Part shown: positions 29,893-39,442 of the stretch, in pieces
Numbering within the stretch: the stretch's first letter is position 1
How the letters are laid out: the number at the start of each line of letters is the position of its first letter
From: Polyangiales bacterium
GTDB taxonomy: Bacteria > Myxococcota_A > Polyangia > Polyangiales > Polyangiaceae
DNA: 64,000 nt
Direction: 5' to 3'
Assembly (NCBI GenBank): GCA_038231275.1
Contig: JBBRLQ010000001.1
Coordinates: 1-64,000, forward strand
Notes under the pieces: generated by a model
Told to the model about the DNA's origin: nothing
The model's database searches: none
What the model saw: the letters and a program-made list of their open reading frames with translations, nothing else
Program-made: the position numbers and the translations under genes

Positions 29893-30816
29893 TTACAGCC
29901 GTCGGAGCGCGATCGTCGCCTGATCGCGGACGAGCCCGTTCGCGTCGCCCTGCGCGAGGCCCTGCAGCATGCCGCGCGAGGACGCATCTCCGAACGCGCC
30001 GAGGGCGTGGCACGCGGCGGCGCGGACGTCGGCGTCGGGATCGCTCTTGGCGAGCGTCGTCACGGTCGCGATCGCGTCGCGCGCGTGCATGGCGTCGAGG
30101 AGCTCGAGCGCGCGGCGGCGAACGTGGGCGTCGGCGTCGCCGAGACCGCGCGTGACACTGGGCGCGTCGGCGAACTGGTTGATGCGCGAGGCGGCGCTCA
30201 TCGCCGCGATTTTCACGCGCGGATCGGCGTCGGCCATCGCCTTGCCGAGCGCGCCGGCGCCGTCGTCGTTGAGGCGCCCGAGCGCAGAAGCTGCCGCCAC
30301 GCGAACGGTCGCGTCGCCGTCGGCGGTCACCGCAGTGGCGCACGCTTCGATGCCCGGCGACATCAAGAACTCGCCGAGCGCGTACGCCGCGAACGCGCGC
30401 TTCCGCGGATCGCCGTCGCCCTTGAGCGTAGTGAGCGTGCGCTCGTACGCCTCGCCCGGACCGAAGACGCCGAAGATGCGGCGACGAAGCCACCACGCCG
30501 CGATCTCGCGCGTCTTGGCGTTGGCGTCGTAGAGGAGCGGCTCGACGACCTGGATGCAATCGAGGCACTCGACCTTTTCTCCGTGCTCGAGCGTCTCCCA
30601 GATGGCCGTCGGCGCCCCGCTGGAAGCGACGCTCTTGATGCGATCGGGGGTCGACAAAAACTCGATCTGATCCGGCGCGATGTTCCCGTACACCGCCGCT
30701 GTGCCGGCGCCGTCCTTCACGGGGTTCTCGCTCTTGGCGGTCGTTCCGCTGACGAGCGCCGCGCACGCGATCGCGGCGCCGAGGATGGTGGAGAGTGTGG
30801 AGGTTCGCATGGCCAT
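29893..30816 (-). CDS. Secreted HEAT-repeat protein
   Basis: Signal peptide; ECLDC; repeated D.D..VR.AA..ALG. Confidence 0.85.
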   Translation of the reverse strand: MAMRTSTLSTILGAAIACAALVSGTTAKSENPVKDGAGTAAVYGNIAPDQIEFLSTPDRIKSVASSGAPTAIWETLEHGEKVECLDCIQVVEPLLYDANAKTREIAAWWLRRRIFGVFGPGEAYERTLTTLKGDGDPRKRAFAAYALGEFLMSPGIEACATAVTADGDATVRVAAASALGRLNDDGAGALGKAMADADPRVKIAAMSAASRINQFADAPSVTRGLGDADAHVRRRALELLDAMHARDAIATVTTLAKSDPDADVRAAACHALGAFGDASSRGMLQGLAQGDANGLVRDQATIALRRL

Positions 30817-30821
30817 GTCCC

Positions 30822-33149
30822 TCAGTACTTCACGCCGCTGACGGGGTCGTTGTTGAAGGCCGCGAAGTTGGTGTTCTGGCGCGCCCAATACTGGCCGCCG
30901 AGATCCATCACGCGGATGAGCATCTGACGCTCGGCGTCGGTGAGCGTGTTGGATGCGCCGGTGTCCTCGGGGTGCATCGCGCCCTGAAACGCCGTCGCGC
31001 CGTCCGCCGCCTTCACGTTGATCTTGGCGATCAGCGCCGAGCCACGCGCGTTCGCCGGTACGCCCCACTTCGGCGGGATCGTCCCCGTCACGGTCGTCTG
31101 CATCCCCATCTCGAGCGCCGCGGGGAAGAAGATCGACACGTACGACGCCGGGTACGTCGCGACCCTGCGGTCGTAGTAGACGGTGACCGGCGTGTCGGAC
31201 ATGTCGAAGCGCGGGATGTGGTACGTCGTCGCGAGCCCCGTGACCGGATCGGTCCGCGCCATGTCGTAGAACGTCTGCGGCCCGCTGCCGTTCGTCTTCG
31301 AGTTGTGGCAGCCCGCGCACTTCGCGGTGAGCACCGGCTGGACCTTCGTGTTCCATCCGTACTCGCCGTTCGCGACGCGATCGGCGATCGGGATCATGAA
31401 GTTCTCGGCTTGCGCTTGCTCGGCGCGCGTCGGGTTCTGGCCGAAGACCGGCACGCCCTGGCCGGTGCGGCTCTCGTGGCAGCCGACGCAGCGGCGATCC
31501 TCGCCAGGCATGCCCTGGATCCAAAGACCCTGCGAGCGAATGGCGAGACCGAACTTGTCGATCGGCTGGAGGTGCACCGGCAAGTACGGCGGGATGTTCG
31601 CGAGCCAGCTGCCGTCGGCGTAGACCTTCGCCTCGCCGAGGACGGCGGCGCCCTCGTGCATCGTGAGGCCGAACATCGTCACGCCCTTCGCGGCCTCGCT
31701 GGAGAAGCCCTCGATGATGCGCACCGCGACGGCGTCCTTGAGCGCGACGTCGAGGCCGACGTTCGAGAACTGCGCGCCGTCCACGCTCTCCTTCAAGCTC
31801 GTCTGCGCAACGTTCACGCTGCCGACACGCACCGGGCTCGTCGAGTCGGTGGCGTGCTGGAGATCACCGATGACGGGCGGGAGCTTGCGCGCCGCGACCG
31901 GGAGCGCGTTCAGCTCCCACGTCTGGCGATCGTTGTAGAGGAGCTGGTTTTTCTGCGAGACCGGGTCGTAGATGTAGACGCCGAAGTCCGGCGGCGTCAG
32001 CGACTGCTCGGCGAGATCGTTCACCGGCCCGTCCGCCCACGACACGAGGAAGCGCCCGTCGGGGAGCGTGCTCGGCTCGCGGTAGCGACCGGCCGGCGAC
32101 GGACCGTTCGACGTCGGGACATCGGGCGTCAGGATCTTGTATTTGACGTTCTCCTCGTCGAGGCACGCATGTCCAACGGCGGCGGCGCTCGTCGGATCGA
32201 CGCACACCGGATCGTTCGCATTTCGCGCGTCGATCTCGATGAGCGCGCCGGCGTGGATGGTGCGGCTGCGCGTGGTGCCGACGCCGATCATGACGTTGGG
32301 CTTGCCCCACTGCTCGCGCACGCTGAAGAGCGCGTTGGCGGGCTTGCCGTGCTGTCCGCCGACCGCGATCATCTGCGTGCCGTCGGGGTTCGCGGCGAAG
32401 AGCTTCACGTCGTTGACCGGGCCGAGGTGCTCCCAGCGCGAGTAGCCGATCTTCCCGTCGGCGCGGAGGAACGGCGCGACCGTGTGCGAGAGGTTCTGCG
32501 CGGCGAGCCGGCGATCGGCGTCACCACCGTCGACGGTGATCGTGGCGAGCTGCGTGACTTCGCGCGAGTGCTCGTACTCGTCGGCGCGCGTTCCCATCGC
32601 CGTGTACATCTGGTTCGTCACGAACGCGATGCGGCCGTTGCCCTCGCCGGGCAAGTAGATCGGGTTGATGTCGTCGGCGTCGGTGAGCGTCTTCTGGTGG
32701 ATCTCGAACTTGCCGTCGGCCCCGGGCGCGAGCTGCGCGGTGTAGATGTGGTAGTGGTCGTTCGGATCCTTCTTCATCGAGAAGACGACCTGGGTCGCGT
32801 CGAACGAGACGTCCGCGCCGTTGAAGTCGGCCTGCGCGAACGCGGCGGTGATGTTGGTGACGACGCCGTCGGCGCGCGCGGGCGCCATGATGTTGAGGCT
32901 GCCGCCCGGCACGTAGCGCTGGTAGTCGAGCACCTGCCCATTGCCGCCCGCGACGTCGACCGTGACCTGACCGTTGTCGCCGACGACCGTGTGCTGCCGC
33001 TTGATGAAGACGATGGCCGACACGCCGGCGCTGGTGCTCTCGTCTGTCGACTTGCTGCAGCCGGCCACGACGCCACCGAGCAAGCTCGGCGCGACGACGA
33101 CGCCGACGAGGAGCGCGAGGCTGGGAATCCGAAGGAGCGGCAGCTTCAT
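30822..33149 (-). CDS. Hydrazine-synthase-alpha-like diheme lipoprotein
   Basis: Lipobox VAGC; propeller motifs DINPIYLP, DGKIGYSRWEH, NPDGT; LGEAKVYADGS...P...PVHLQPIDKFG; WIQGMPGEDRRCVGCHE; VQPVLTAKCAGCH. Confidence 0.85.
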   Translation of the reverse strand: MKLPLLRIPSLALLVGVVVAPSLLGGVVAGCSKSTDESTSAGVSAIVFIKRQHTVVGDNGQVTVDVAGGNGQVLDYQRYVPGGSLNIMAPARADGVVTNITAAFAQADFNGADVSFDATQVVFSMKKDPNDHYHIYTAQLAPGADGKFEIHQKTLTDADDINPIYLPGEGNGRIAFVTNQMYTAMGTRADEYEHSREVTQLATITVDGGDADRRLAAQNLSHTVAPFLRADGKIGYSRWEHLGPVNDVKLFAANPDGTQMIAVGGQHGKPANALFSVREQWGKPNVMIGVGTTRSRTIHAGALIEIDARNANDPVCVDPTSAAAVGHACLDEENVKYKILTPDVPTSNGPSPAGRYREPSTLPDGRFLVSWADGPVNDLAEQSLTPPDFGVYIYDPVSQKNQLLYNDRQTWELNALPVAARKLPPVIGDLQHATDSTSPVRVGSVNVAQTSLKESVDGAQFSNVGLDVALKDAVAVRIIEGFSSEAAKGVTMFGLTMHEGAAVLGEAKVYADGSWLANIPPYLPVHLQPIDKFGLAIRSQGLWIQGMPGEDRRCVGCHESRTGQGVPVFGQNPTRAEQAQAENFMIPIADRVANGEYGWNTKVQPVLTAKCAGCHNSKTNGSGPQTFYDMARTDPVTGLATTYHIPRFDMSDTPVTVYYDRRVATYPASYVSIFFPAALEMGMQTTVTGTIPPKWGVPANARGSALIAKINVKAADGATAFQGAMHPEDTGASNTLTDAERQMLIRVMDLGGQYWARQNTNFAAFNNDPVSGVKY

Positions 33150-33164
33150 GGCAATAGAAAGGAA

Positions 33165-33180
33165 AGCATGGGCCGCGCCA
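33165..33180 (-). promoter_or_regulatory. Putative sigma54 promoter of the HZS-like operon
   Basis: Minus strand TGGCGCG-GCCC-ATGCT (GG-N10-GC). Confidence 0.5.
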
Positions 33181-33329
33181 AGTCGGAACCCAACTCTTTC
33201 CGCGCCCCTCGCTGCGCGCGCGCACTGGATCAAGAGGGGCTCACCCCTGACCGTGGGGGGCAGTCACCCCGCGGCGTGAAGGCCGAATCGCTGGATGTGG
33301 TCGCACGTGGTTCGGGGCGGCGCGCGAAG

Positions 33330-33740
33330 TCAGTCGCGCTTCAAACGGAAGGCGTCGGGCAGGAGCTTCTTCAGGTTCGTGTCGCGGCGCGTGACGCCGC
33401 GCGGGCCTTCGCCGACGAGCGCGATCGGCAGGTCGCGCGCAAACTCCCACAGCACTTGACGGCAGATCCCGCACGGCGAGCCCGCGCGCGGCCCCGCGGT
33501 GACGACGGCGCACGCAACGGGGTGACGCTCACCCGCCGCGACCATTTGGACGATCGCGTTTCGCTCCGCGCAAATCGTGGCGCCGAAGGTCGCGTTTTCG
33601 ACGTTGCATCCTGCGAAGATGCGGCCGCTCTTCGTCGCGATCGCCGCGCCGACGGAGTACTTCGAATACGGCGCGTAGGCGCGACGACGAACCTCGCGCG
33701 CGGCGGCGATGAGCTGCGCCATGGTCACCGCGCCCTTCAC
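33330..33740 (-). CDS. cdd: Cytidine deaminase
   Basis: AYAPYS.Y.VGAA, GCNVEN, CAE, SPCGICRQ. Confidence 0.95.
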   Translation of the reverse strand: MKGAVTMAQLIAAAREVRRRAYAPYSKYSVGAAIATKSGRIFAGCNVENATFGATICAERNAIVQMVAAGERHPVACAVVTAGPRAGSPCGICRQVLWEFARDLPIALVGEGPRGVTRRDTNLKKLLPDAFRLKRD

Positions 33741-34594
33741 GGCGTCACCTTCGCCGCGCGGACGACCCAGCCTCCCAGCAGCGTGAGGAGCGAGTCGCGA
33801 CGGGCGCGCGCCGTCTCTTCGACCTCTTTGTGATCGAGCTCGCCCTTGCCGATCCCCGCCGCGAGGTTCGTGATGCACGACATCGCGCCGACCTTCACGC
33901 GCATGTGACGGAGCGCGATCACCTCGGGCACCGTGCTCATGCCGACCGCCTGCGCGCCCAGGCCGCGGAGCATTCGGACCTCGGCCGGCGTCTCGTACGA
34001 GGGACCGAGGAGGCCCGCGTAAATCCCCTCGCGGAGATCGATCTTGGCGTCGCGGCCCACGGCGAGGAGCGCCTCGCGCAGCACGGGATCGTACGCGTGG
34101 CTCATGTCCGGAAAGCGCGGGCCGAGCGCATCGTCGTTGGGGCCGAGCAGCGGCGTGGTCCCCATGAGGTTCAGGTGATCGGTGACGACCATCAGGTCGC
34201 CGGCGCTCCACGTCGGATCGAGCCCGCCCGCCGCGTTCGTGAGCAGCACGCAGCCGACGCCCAGGCGCGCCATCGTCCGCACGCCGTGGACGACGCTCGC
34301 CATCGGGTGTCCTTCGTAGAGGTGCACGCGCCCCTGCATGCAGACGACGTCGACGCCGCCCGTCTTGCCGAAGCACATGTTGCCGGAGTGCCCGACGACG
34401 TTCGACGCCGGCAAATGCGGGAGCTCCGCGAACGGCACCTTCACGAGCGTGTCCAGGGAATCCGCGAACGCCCCGAGGCCGCTCCCGAGGACCAGCCCCA
34501 CCTTCGGCGTCGCGGCCGCTCCCGTCACGCGTGCACGGATCGCGCGAACGGTCTCCTCGACCCTCACGCTCGGGGCGGTTTCGGCAGCAGTCAT
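33737..34594 (-). CDS. punA: Purine nucleoside phosphorylase (trimeric family)
   Basis: LGSGLG, QGRVHLYEG, TNAAGG, GPSYETPAE, VGMST, ITN. Confidence 0.93.
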   Translation of the reverse strand: MTAAETAPSVRVEETVRAIRARVTGAAATPKVGLVLGSGLGAFADSLDTLVKVPFAELPHLPASNVVGHSGNMCFGKTGGVDVVCMQGRVHLYEGHPMASVVHGVRTMARLGVGCVLLTNAAGGLDPTWSAGDLMVVTDHLNLMGTTPLLGPNDDALGPRFPDMSHAYDPVLREALLAVGRDAKIDLREGIYAGLLGPSYETPAEVRMLRGLGAQAVGMSTVPEVIALRHMRVKVGAMSCITNLAAGIGKGELDHKEVEETARARRDSLLTLLGGWVVRAAKVTP

Positions 34595-34614
34595 GCGCGC
34601 ATCCTAGCGCGAGG

Positions 34615-35115
34615 CTATTTCTTCGGGAATTTTTGCGTGAGCGCCTTGCACACGATCTCGGGCGCGTAGCGGCTCACGTCGCCGCCGTGGCTGGCGATCT
34701 CGCGGACGAGCGACGCCGAGACGAAGCCGTGCTTCGTGCGCGTCGGGAGGAAGATCGTGTCGATCTCCGGGCACAAGTCGGCGTTCGCGTGCGCGATCTG
34801 GAGCTCGTACTCGAAGTCGGTGGCGGCGCGGAGGCCGCGGACGATGCAGCGGGCGGCGCGCGCGCGGCAGTAATCGATGAGGAGGCCGTCGAACGAATCG
34901 ACCTCGACGTTGGGCAGGTGCTTCACGACGCTCGTGATGAGGTGGGTGCGCTCGTCTGCCGAGAAGAGCGGATGACGCGTGGGGTGCACGCCGATGGCGA
35001 CGATGACCTCGCTGAAGAGCGCCGAAGAACGCTCGATCAAATCGAGATGGCCGGCCGTGACCGGATCGAAGCTCCCGGCGTAGACGGCGAGTCGCGCGAC
35101 GGCTTGCCCGGTCAT
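34615..35115 (-). CDS. coaD: Pantetheine-phosphate adenylyltransferase
   Basis: YAGSFDPVTAGHLD, VRGLRA.TDFEYE, VSASLVREIA. Confidence 0.96.
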   Translation of the reverse strand: MTGQAVARLAVYAGSFDPVTAGHLDLIERSSALFSEVIVAIGVHPTRHPLFSADERTHLITSVVKHLPNVEVDSFDGLLIDYCRARAARCIVRGLRAATDFEYELQIAHANADLCPEIDTIFLPTRTKHGFVSASLVREIASHGGDVSRYAPEIVCKALTQKFPKK

Positions 35116-36488
35116 TTCTTGCCTGCGGGAGCCGGAGCGGACGCGGGCTTCGGAGTCGGAGTCCGAGTCGCCGTCGGAGTCGCCGTCGGAGTCGGAGTCG
35201 GAGTCCGAGTCGGAGTCGGCGTCGGAGTCGCGTCGGCGGGGACGGATGGCGCCGGGGGTCGGCCCATCGCCATCGCCGGATCGGGCTCGAGCCAGACGAA
35301 GCGGCCCTCGTCGCCGAACGTCACGCGGAAGAGCGCGAGGAGGCCCGCGCCCATTACGCCGCCGAGATCGACGTCGACGTTGCCCTGCACGTCGCCGAGC
35401 GGCGCGCCTTGAAGTGCGGGGATCGCCTGCAAATCGAAGCCTCCGAGCTTCATCGACGGGACCATCCCCGCCTTCATGTTCTGCGCGGCCGGCTCCGGCT
35501 TGAGCGTCGTCGGATCGATGCCTGCGCGCCGCCACGTCGCGTCCTCGAGCGCGAGAGGAAACGGCGCCGACGAGTCGACGAGCAGGAGCGCGAGCGAGTC
35601 CGCCTTCGGCGTCATGTTCGCGCGCAGGAGCATCCCGCCGCCGCGCACGTACCAGAGGGGGACGCGGCTCGCGTCGGGCGGCGGCGTCGCCTCGTCGCGG
35701 CGAACGACGAACTGGCCGCCGCGGCGATCGAACGTGACGTGCATGTGCCGCAGCAGATTCACCCCGAGCAGGGCCTTCACCGGCGCGCCGAGCTGACGCG
35801 AGAGGCCGGACAGATCCTGCGTGAGCGCGGGAACGTCCTTCACTTCGATCCGGTCGCCGAAGCGCAAGTTGACCCACGCCGGCTCCTTGCGCGAGTTCGA
35901 GTCCACGACGAGCTCGCCGATCGACGTCGCGACGAGGGCGAGGATGCGCTCGCCTTCGAGCTCGCACGGGACGACGAGCGCAGCGCCGGCCGGCGGCATC
36001 TCCACCGCCGCGACGAGCCCGCCTTCGATCGCGAACGGATGGCGCCCCTGGCCACGACGCGCGAGCTTCGCGACCTCGCGCGCCCAAGGATCCTTGACGT
36101 TCGGATCCTGGAGCATCGCCTCGAGATCCTCGGCGGCCTGCTCGATGTCACCGCCGTACCAGTGCGCGCGCCCGCGCAGGCCGTGCACCTCCGCGGTCTG
36201 GAGCCCCTCGGTGAGCTTGAGGGTCGCGGCGTAGTCCAGACCCGAGAGCGCGATGCGCGCGTTCATGATGCGCACGTCCCGATCGCTCGGCGCCGCCTTG
36301 AGCGCGCTATCGCCCGACGTCCTCGCGTCCTCGAAGTCGCCGGCGCGGAAGCTCAGCTTCGCGCGCGTGAGCCACTTCTCGGCGAGCGGCGAACGGTTCG
36401 GGACGTTCGCGTCGGTCGCGGGGCCGCACGCCGCGGCGAACGCCGCCACGAACGCGAGGAGAGCCAGAAACGTGGGCGAGAGGCGCAT
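35112..36488 (-). CDS. TPR lipoprotein with aspartyl-protease-like lobes and PT-repeat tail
   Basis: Lipobox AAAC; TPR helices; ALLGVNLL..VTFD and GGVMGAGLL..VTF; TPTPTP tail. Confidence 0.7.
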   Translation of the reverse strand: MRLSPTFLALLAFVAAFAAACGPATDANVPNRSPLAEKWLTRAKLSFRAGDFEDARTSGDSALKAAPSDRDVRIMNARIALSGLDYAATLKLTEGLQTAEVHGLRGRAHWYGGDIEQAAEDLEAMLQDPNVKDPWAREVAKLARRGQGRHPFAIEGGLVAAVEMPPAGAALVVPCELEGERILALVATSIGELVVDSNSRKEPAWVNLRFGDRIEVKDVPALTQDLSGLSRQLGAPVKALLGVNLLRHMHVTFDRRGGQFVVRRDEATPPPDASRVPLWYVRGGGMLLRANMTPKADSLALLLVDSSAPFPLALEDATWRRAGIDPTTLKPEPAAQNMKAGMVPSMKLGGFDLQAIPALQGAPLGDVQGNVDVDLGGVMGAGLLALFRVTFGDEGRFVWLEPDPAMAMGRPPAPSVPADATPTPTPTRTPTPTPTATPTATRTPTPKPASAPAPAGKK

Positions 36489-36524
36489 TCCGTGTGTGCT
36501 GATAGCCCATCGCCGGGGGCGGGT

Positions 36525-37361
36525 CTACGGGGCGGTTACCGGCGCGGGATCGACGCGCAAGATCCGGTCGGCCCGCAGCTCCCGGCGCCCGCGTCCGGGG
36601 ACCTCGTAGCCAATGATGTGGGGCGGATCGGCGTCGGTGCGGACCTCGGTGACGATGAGCGTCAACGTTTGTGGACCGCGCCGGCTCGCGCGATAGGTGA
36701 GCAGCACCGGCGCGGCGTGCTCGGCGGCCGCGACGCACGCCTCGACGATGTGCGCGCGCGCTGTCCGCTGCGCGACCTTCACCTCCCAGAGATCGCGCAC
36801 CGAGGTCGGCGCGAGCGCGGTGACGCAGCGATCGAACACCGCCCGCAGGGCCGCCACGTCGTCCGACGCCCGATGCGCCCGCTCCCGCACGATCCCCAGG
36901 CTCTCGCAGAGCGCGACGAGCGCGTGGCTCGGAAACGCGAACGCGCGACGCGACAAATTCAGCGTGTCGAGCCAATATGCAATCTGCACGGATTTGCCGG
37001 CGCGCAGGAATTCTGCGAGCAGGAATTTCACGTCCCACTCGGCCGCGTGGGCCACGACGACCGCGCCGTCGAGCGCCCGAATCACGTCGTCGGCCACCGC
37101 CGCGAACGTCGGGGCCCCTTCGAGCGCGGCGGCGTCGAGTCCGTGGATCTGCGACGCGCCCCCCACGCGCTCGCCCGGGTTGACCAGGGTCTCCACGCGC
37201 GCGACGACCTGGCCCGCGACGACGCGCTCGACGCACACCTCGACGACGCGATCCTTCTCCGCATCGAGCCCAGTCATCTCGAGGTCCACGAACGCGAACG
37301 GCGCCTCGCCGACGGGCATGTCCCACGGGGGCCCGGGAGGCGGCGGCGGGACGCGCGGCAT
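36525..37361 (-). CDS. DEDDh 3'-5' exonuclease (DnaQ-like) with C-terminal WYL-like domain
   Basis: VDLEMTG, VAHAAEWD, LDTL, AHRASDD; C-terminal LTY...GY...RELRADRI. Confidence 0.88.
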   Translation of the reverse strand: MPRVPPPPPGPPWDMPVGEAPFAFVDLEMTGLDAEKDRVVEVCVERVVAGQVVARVETLVNPGERVGGASQIHGLDAAALEGAPTFAAVADDVIRALDGAVVVAHAAEWDVKFLLAEFLRAGKSVQIAYWLDTLNLSRRAFAFPSHALVALCESLGIVRERAHRASDDVAALRAVFDRCVTALAPTSVRDLWEVKVAQRTARAHIVEACVAAAEHAAPVLLTYRASRRGPQTLTLIVTEVRTDADPPHIIGYEVPGRGRRELRADRILRVDPAPVTAP

Positions 37362-37418
37362 GAGGCGAACCTACCTCAACTGGTGACGCGCGACGCAGGC
37401 GCTTATCCTCGGGCCAGG

Positions 37419-38582
37419 GTGGTGTTCTACGTCCTCACGATCCCGGCCGCGCTCTACGCCCTCTTCGGCGCGTACGCGGCCTTGCGGACATTCACCGGGG
37501 TGCGGCCGTTGCCGGACCGGCCGGAGGCGCCAGCGTCGTGGCCGCGCGTGTCGATCATCGTCCCTGCGTGCAACGAGGAGGGCACGCTGCGCGACGCAAC
37601 GGCCTCGAAGCTGGCGAGCGACTACCCGGACCTCGAGGTGGTGATCGTCGACGATCGCTCGACCGACGGCACACCGGGGATCGCCGACGCGCTGGCCGCC
37701 GGAGATCCGCGCGTTCGCGTCGTCCACGTGAAGGAGCTCCCCGCCGGCTGGCTCGGCAAGCTGCACGCGCTCGATCGCGGCGTGCACGCGTCGAGCGGGG
37801 ACTACTTGCTCTTCAGCGACGCCGACGTGCACATGGACGCCGACGTGATGCGGCGCGTGATCGCCGTCGCCGAGAAGGAGGAGCTGGGCTTCGTCGCGCT
37901 CTTTCCGCGCGTGTGGGAGAGCGGCTTCGTCGTCGACCTCGCGATGACGGCGATGCTGCGGCAGCTCGTCGTCGCGGGCCGCTCGTGGAAGGTCTCTGAC
38001 CCGCGTTCGTCCGTGTGCGTGGGCAGCGGCGTCTTTAACCTCGTCCGCCGCACGGCGTTCGCCGCGACGCCAGGCTTCCCGTGGCTCAAGCTCGAGATCG
38101 TCGATGACATCGCCCTCGGCCAGATGATGAAGCGCGCCGGCGCCCGCTGCGCGCTCTTCAACGCGAGCACGTCGCTCGGCCTCCATTTCTATCGTTCGGC
38201 GGGCGAGATGATGCGCGGCACGGAAAAAAACGGCTTCAGCGTCCTCGGCCGGCTCCGCCTCTACCTCGCGCTCCTCGCCGCCGCCGCGCTCATCCTCGTC
38301 GAGGTCGGCCCTCTCGTGGCGCTCGTCTACCCCGGCGCGCCGATGTGGGCACGCGCGCTGGGAGGCGCGGCGCTCGTCGTGACGTCGCTCCTTCAGGCCA
38401 CCGTGGCGTGGTGGGGCAAGCGGAGCGCGCTCGTCGCACTGGTGCCGGTGCTGGGCCCGCTCACGTGCCTCTTTTTTCTGATGCGCGGCGTCGTGCTGGC
38501 GATCCTGCGCGGCGGGGTGGTCTGGCGAGGCACGAAGTATTCGCTACGAGAGCTGCGCGCGGGAATTCGCATCGCGCTCTGA
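37419..38582 (+). CDS. GT2 membrane glycosyltransferase (hopanoid/carotenoid glycosyltransferase-like)
   Basis: VSIIVPACNEE, VDDRSTDGT, PAGWLGK, FSDAD, IVDDIALG; C-terminal TMs, WRG. Confidence 0.88.
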   Translation: MVFYVLTIPAALYALFGAYAALRTFTGVRPLPDRPEAPASWPRVSIIVPACNEEGTLRDATASKLASDYPDLEVVIVDDRSTDGTPGIADALAAGDPRVRVVHVKELPAGWLGKLHALDRGVHASSGDYLLFSDADVHMDADVMRRVIAVAEKEELGFVALFPRVWESGFVVDLAMTAMLRQLVVAGRSWKVSDPRSSVCVGSGVFNLVRRTAFAATPGFPWLKLEIVDDIALGQMMKRAGARCALFNASTSLGLHFYRSAGEMMRGTEKNGFSVLGRLRLYLALLAAAALILVEVGPLVALVYPGAPMWARALGGAALVVTSLLQATVAWWGKRSALVALVPVLGPLTCLFFLMRGVVLAILRGGVVWRGTKYSLRELRAGIRIAL

Positions 38583-38596
38583 AGACGTCGCGACGC

Positions 38597-39442
38597 TCAG
38601 CCCGAGCCCAAGAGCGCAGCGCCGGCGACGACGAGCGCGGCGCCCATGAGCACGGGGCGCGGCGGCACGACGCCGGACATCCACGCGAAGGCGTGGGCGA
38701 ACACCACCGACGTGTTCCGCAGCGTCAGGACCCGTCCCGCTCCGCTCTCGTGAAGCGCGCCGAGGAAGAGGAGGAACGACGCCGTGCACACGACGCCCGC
38801 GCCCACGAGCGTGCCCGGCGACTCCCGCAGCGCCGCCCACAGTCGACGCGGCGCGCCGGTGCCCAACGCAACGACGTTGAGCGGCGCCGCCACGAGGAGA
38901 GAGACCGCGAAGAGCGCGGTGGGTGACGCGCCGAGGCCGAGCGCGCGCTTGTAGAAGAGGTACACCGACGCGATGAACACCGCGCACGCGATCGCCCACG
39001 CGATCCCCGACGCGCGACGCGGATCCGGCGCGCCGCGCGACGGCATCCCCGTGAGAACGAGTCCGCCAAGCACGAGCACGACGCCGGCGATCGCCCCCAG
39101 CCCCGCGCGCTCATGAAAGAGGAGGATGCTGAGCGGCCACACGACGACGATCGAGCCCCCGCGCGTGATCGTGTACGCGATCCCGAGCGGCGCCGCGTCG
39201 AGCGCGCGCGCGAGGGTGACGAAGTACGCCGCCTCCCCGAGCCCCGCCGCGAGCGTCCAACCGAGCGCGGCGCGCGACGGAAACGCGACCGCGTCCGACA
39301 CCAGCGCCGGCACCGACGCCGTGAGCGCCGCGATCGTGAGAATGAGCGCGCCCGCGAGCCGCGGCGACGCATGACGTTTGAGGAGCGCGTTCCACGCCGC
39401 GTGCAGGACCGCCGACGCGAGGACGAGGAGGGTGGCGTTCAA
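38597..39442 (-). CDS. EamA/DMT family transporter
   Basis: SAVLHAAWNALLK, AYTITRG, LRNTSVVF; ~10 TMs; TTGA overlap. Confidence 0.88.
   Translation of the reverse strand: MNATLLVLASAVLHAAWNALLKRHASPRLAGALILTIAALTASVPALVSDAVAFPSRAALGWTLAAGLGEAAYFVTLARALDAAPLGIAYTITRGGSIVVVWPLSILLFHERAGLGAIAGVVLVLGGLVLTGMPSRGAPDPRRASGIAWAIACAVFIASVYLFYKRALGLGASPTALFAVSLLVAAPLNVVALGTGAPRRLWAALRESPGTLVGAGVVCTASFLLFLGALHESGAGRVLTLRNTSVVFAHAFAWMSGVVPPRPVLMGAALVVAGAALLGSG

Noticed and set aside
26695-33149. Anammox hydrazine synthase cluster
   Set aside because: No beta/gamma subunits or hao; host context is not anammox; only alpha-like similarity
35150-35230. GGAGTC hexamer repeat as a phase-variation tract
   Set aside because: Imperfect, in-frame, encodes a Pro-Thr linker
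35409-37418. Long N-terminal extensions in the ORF track (also 52148..56326, 17141..19711, 29893..31524, 2329..4266)
   Set aside because: They overlap real genes; credible starts lie downstream
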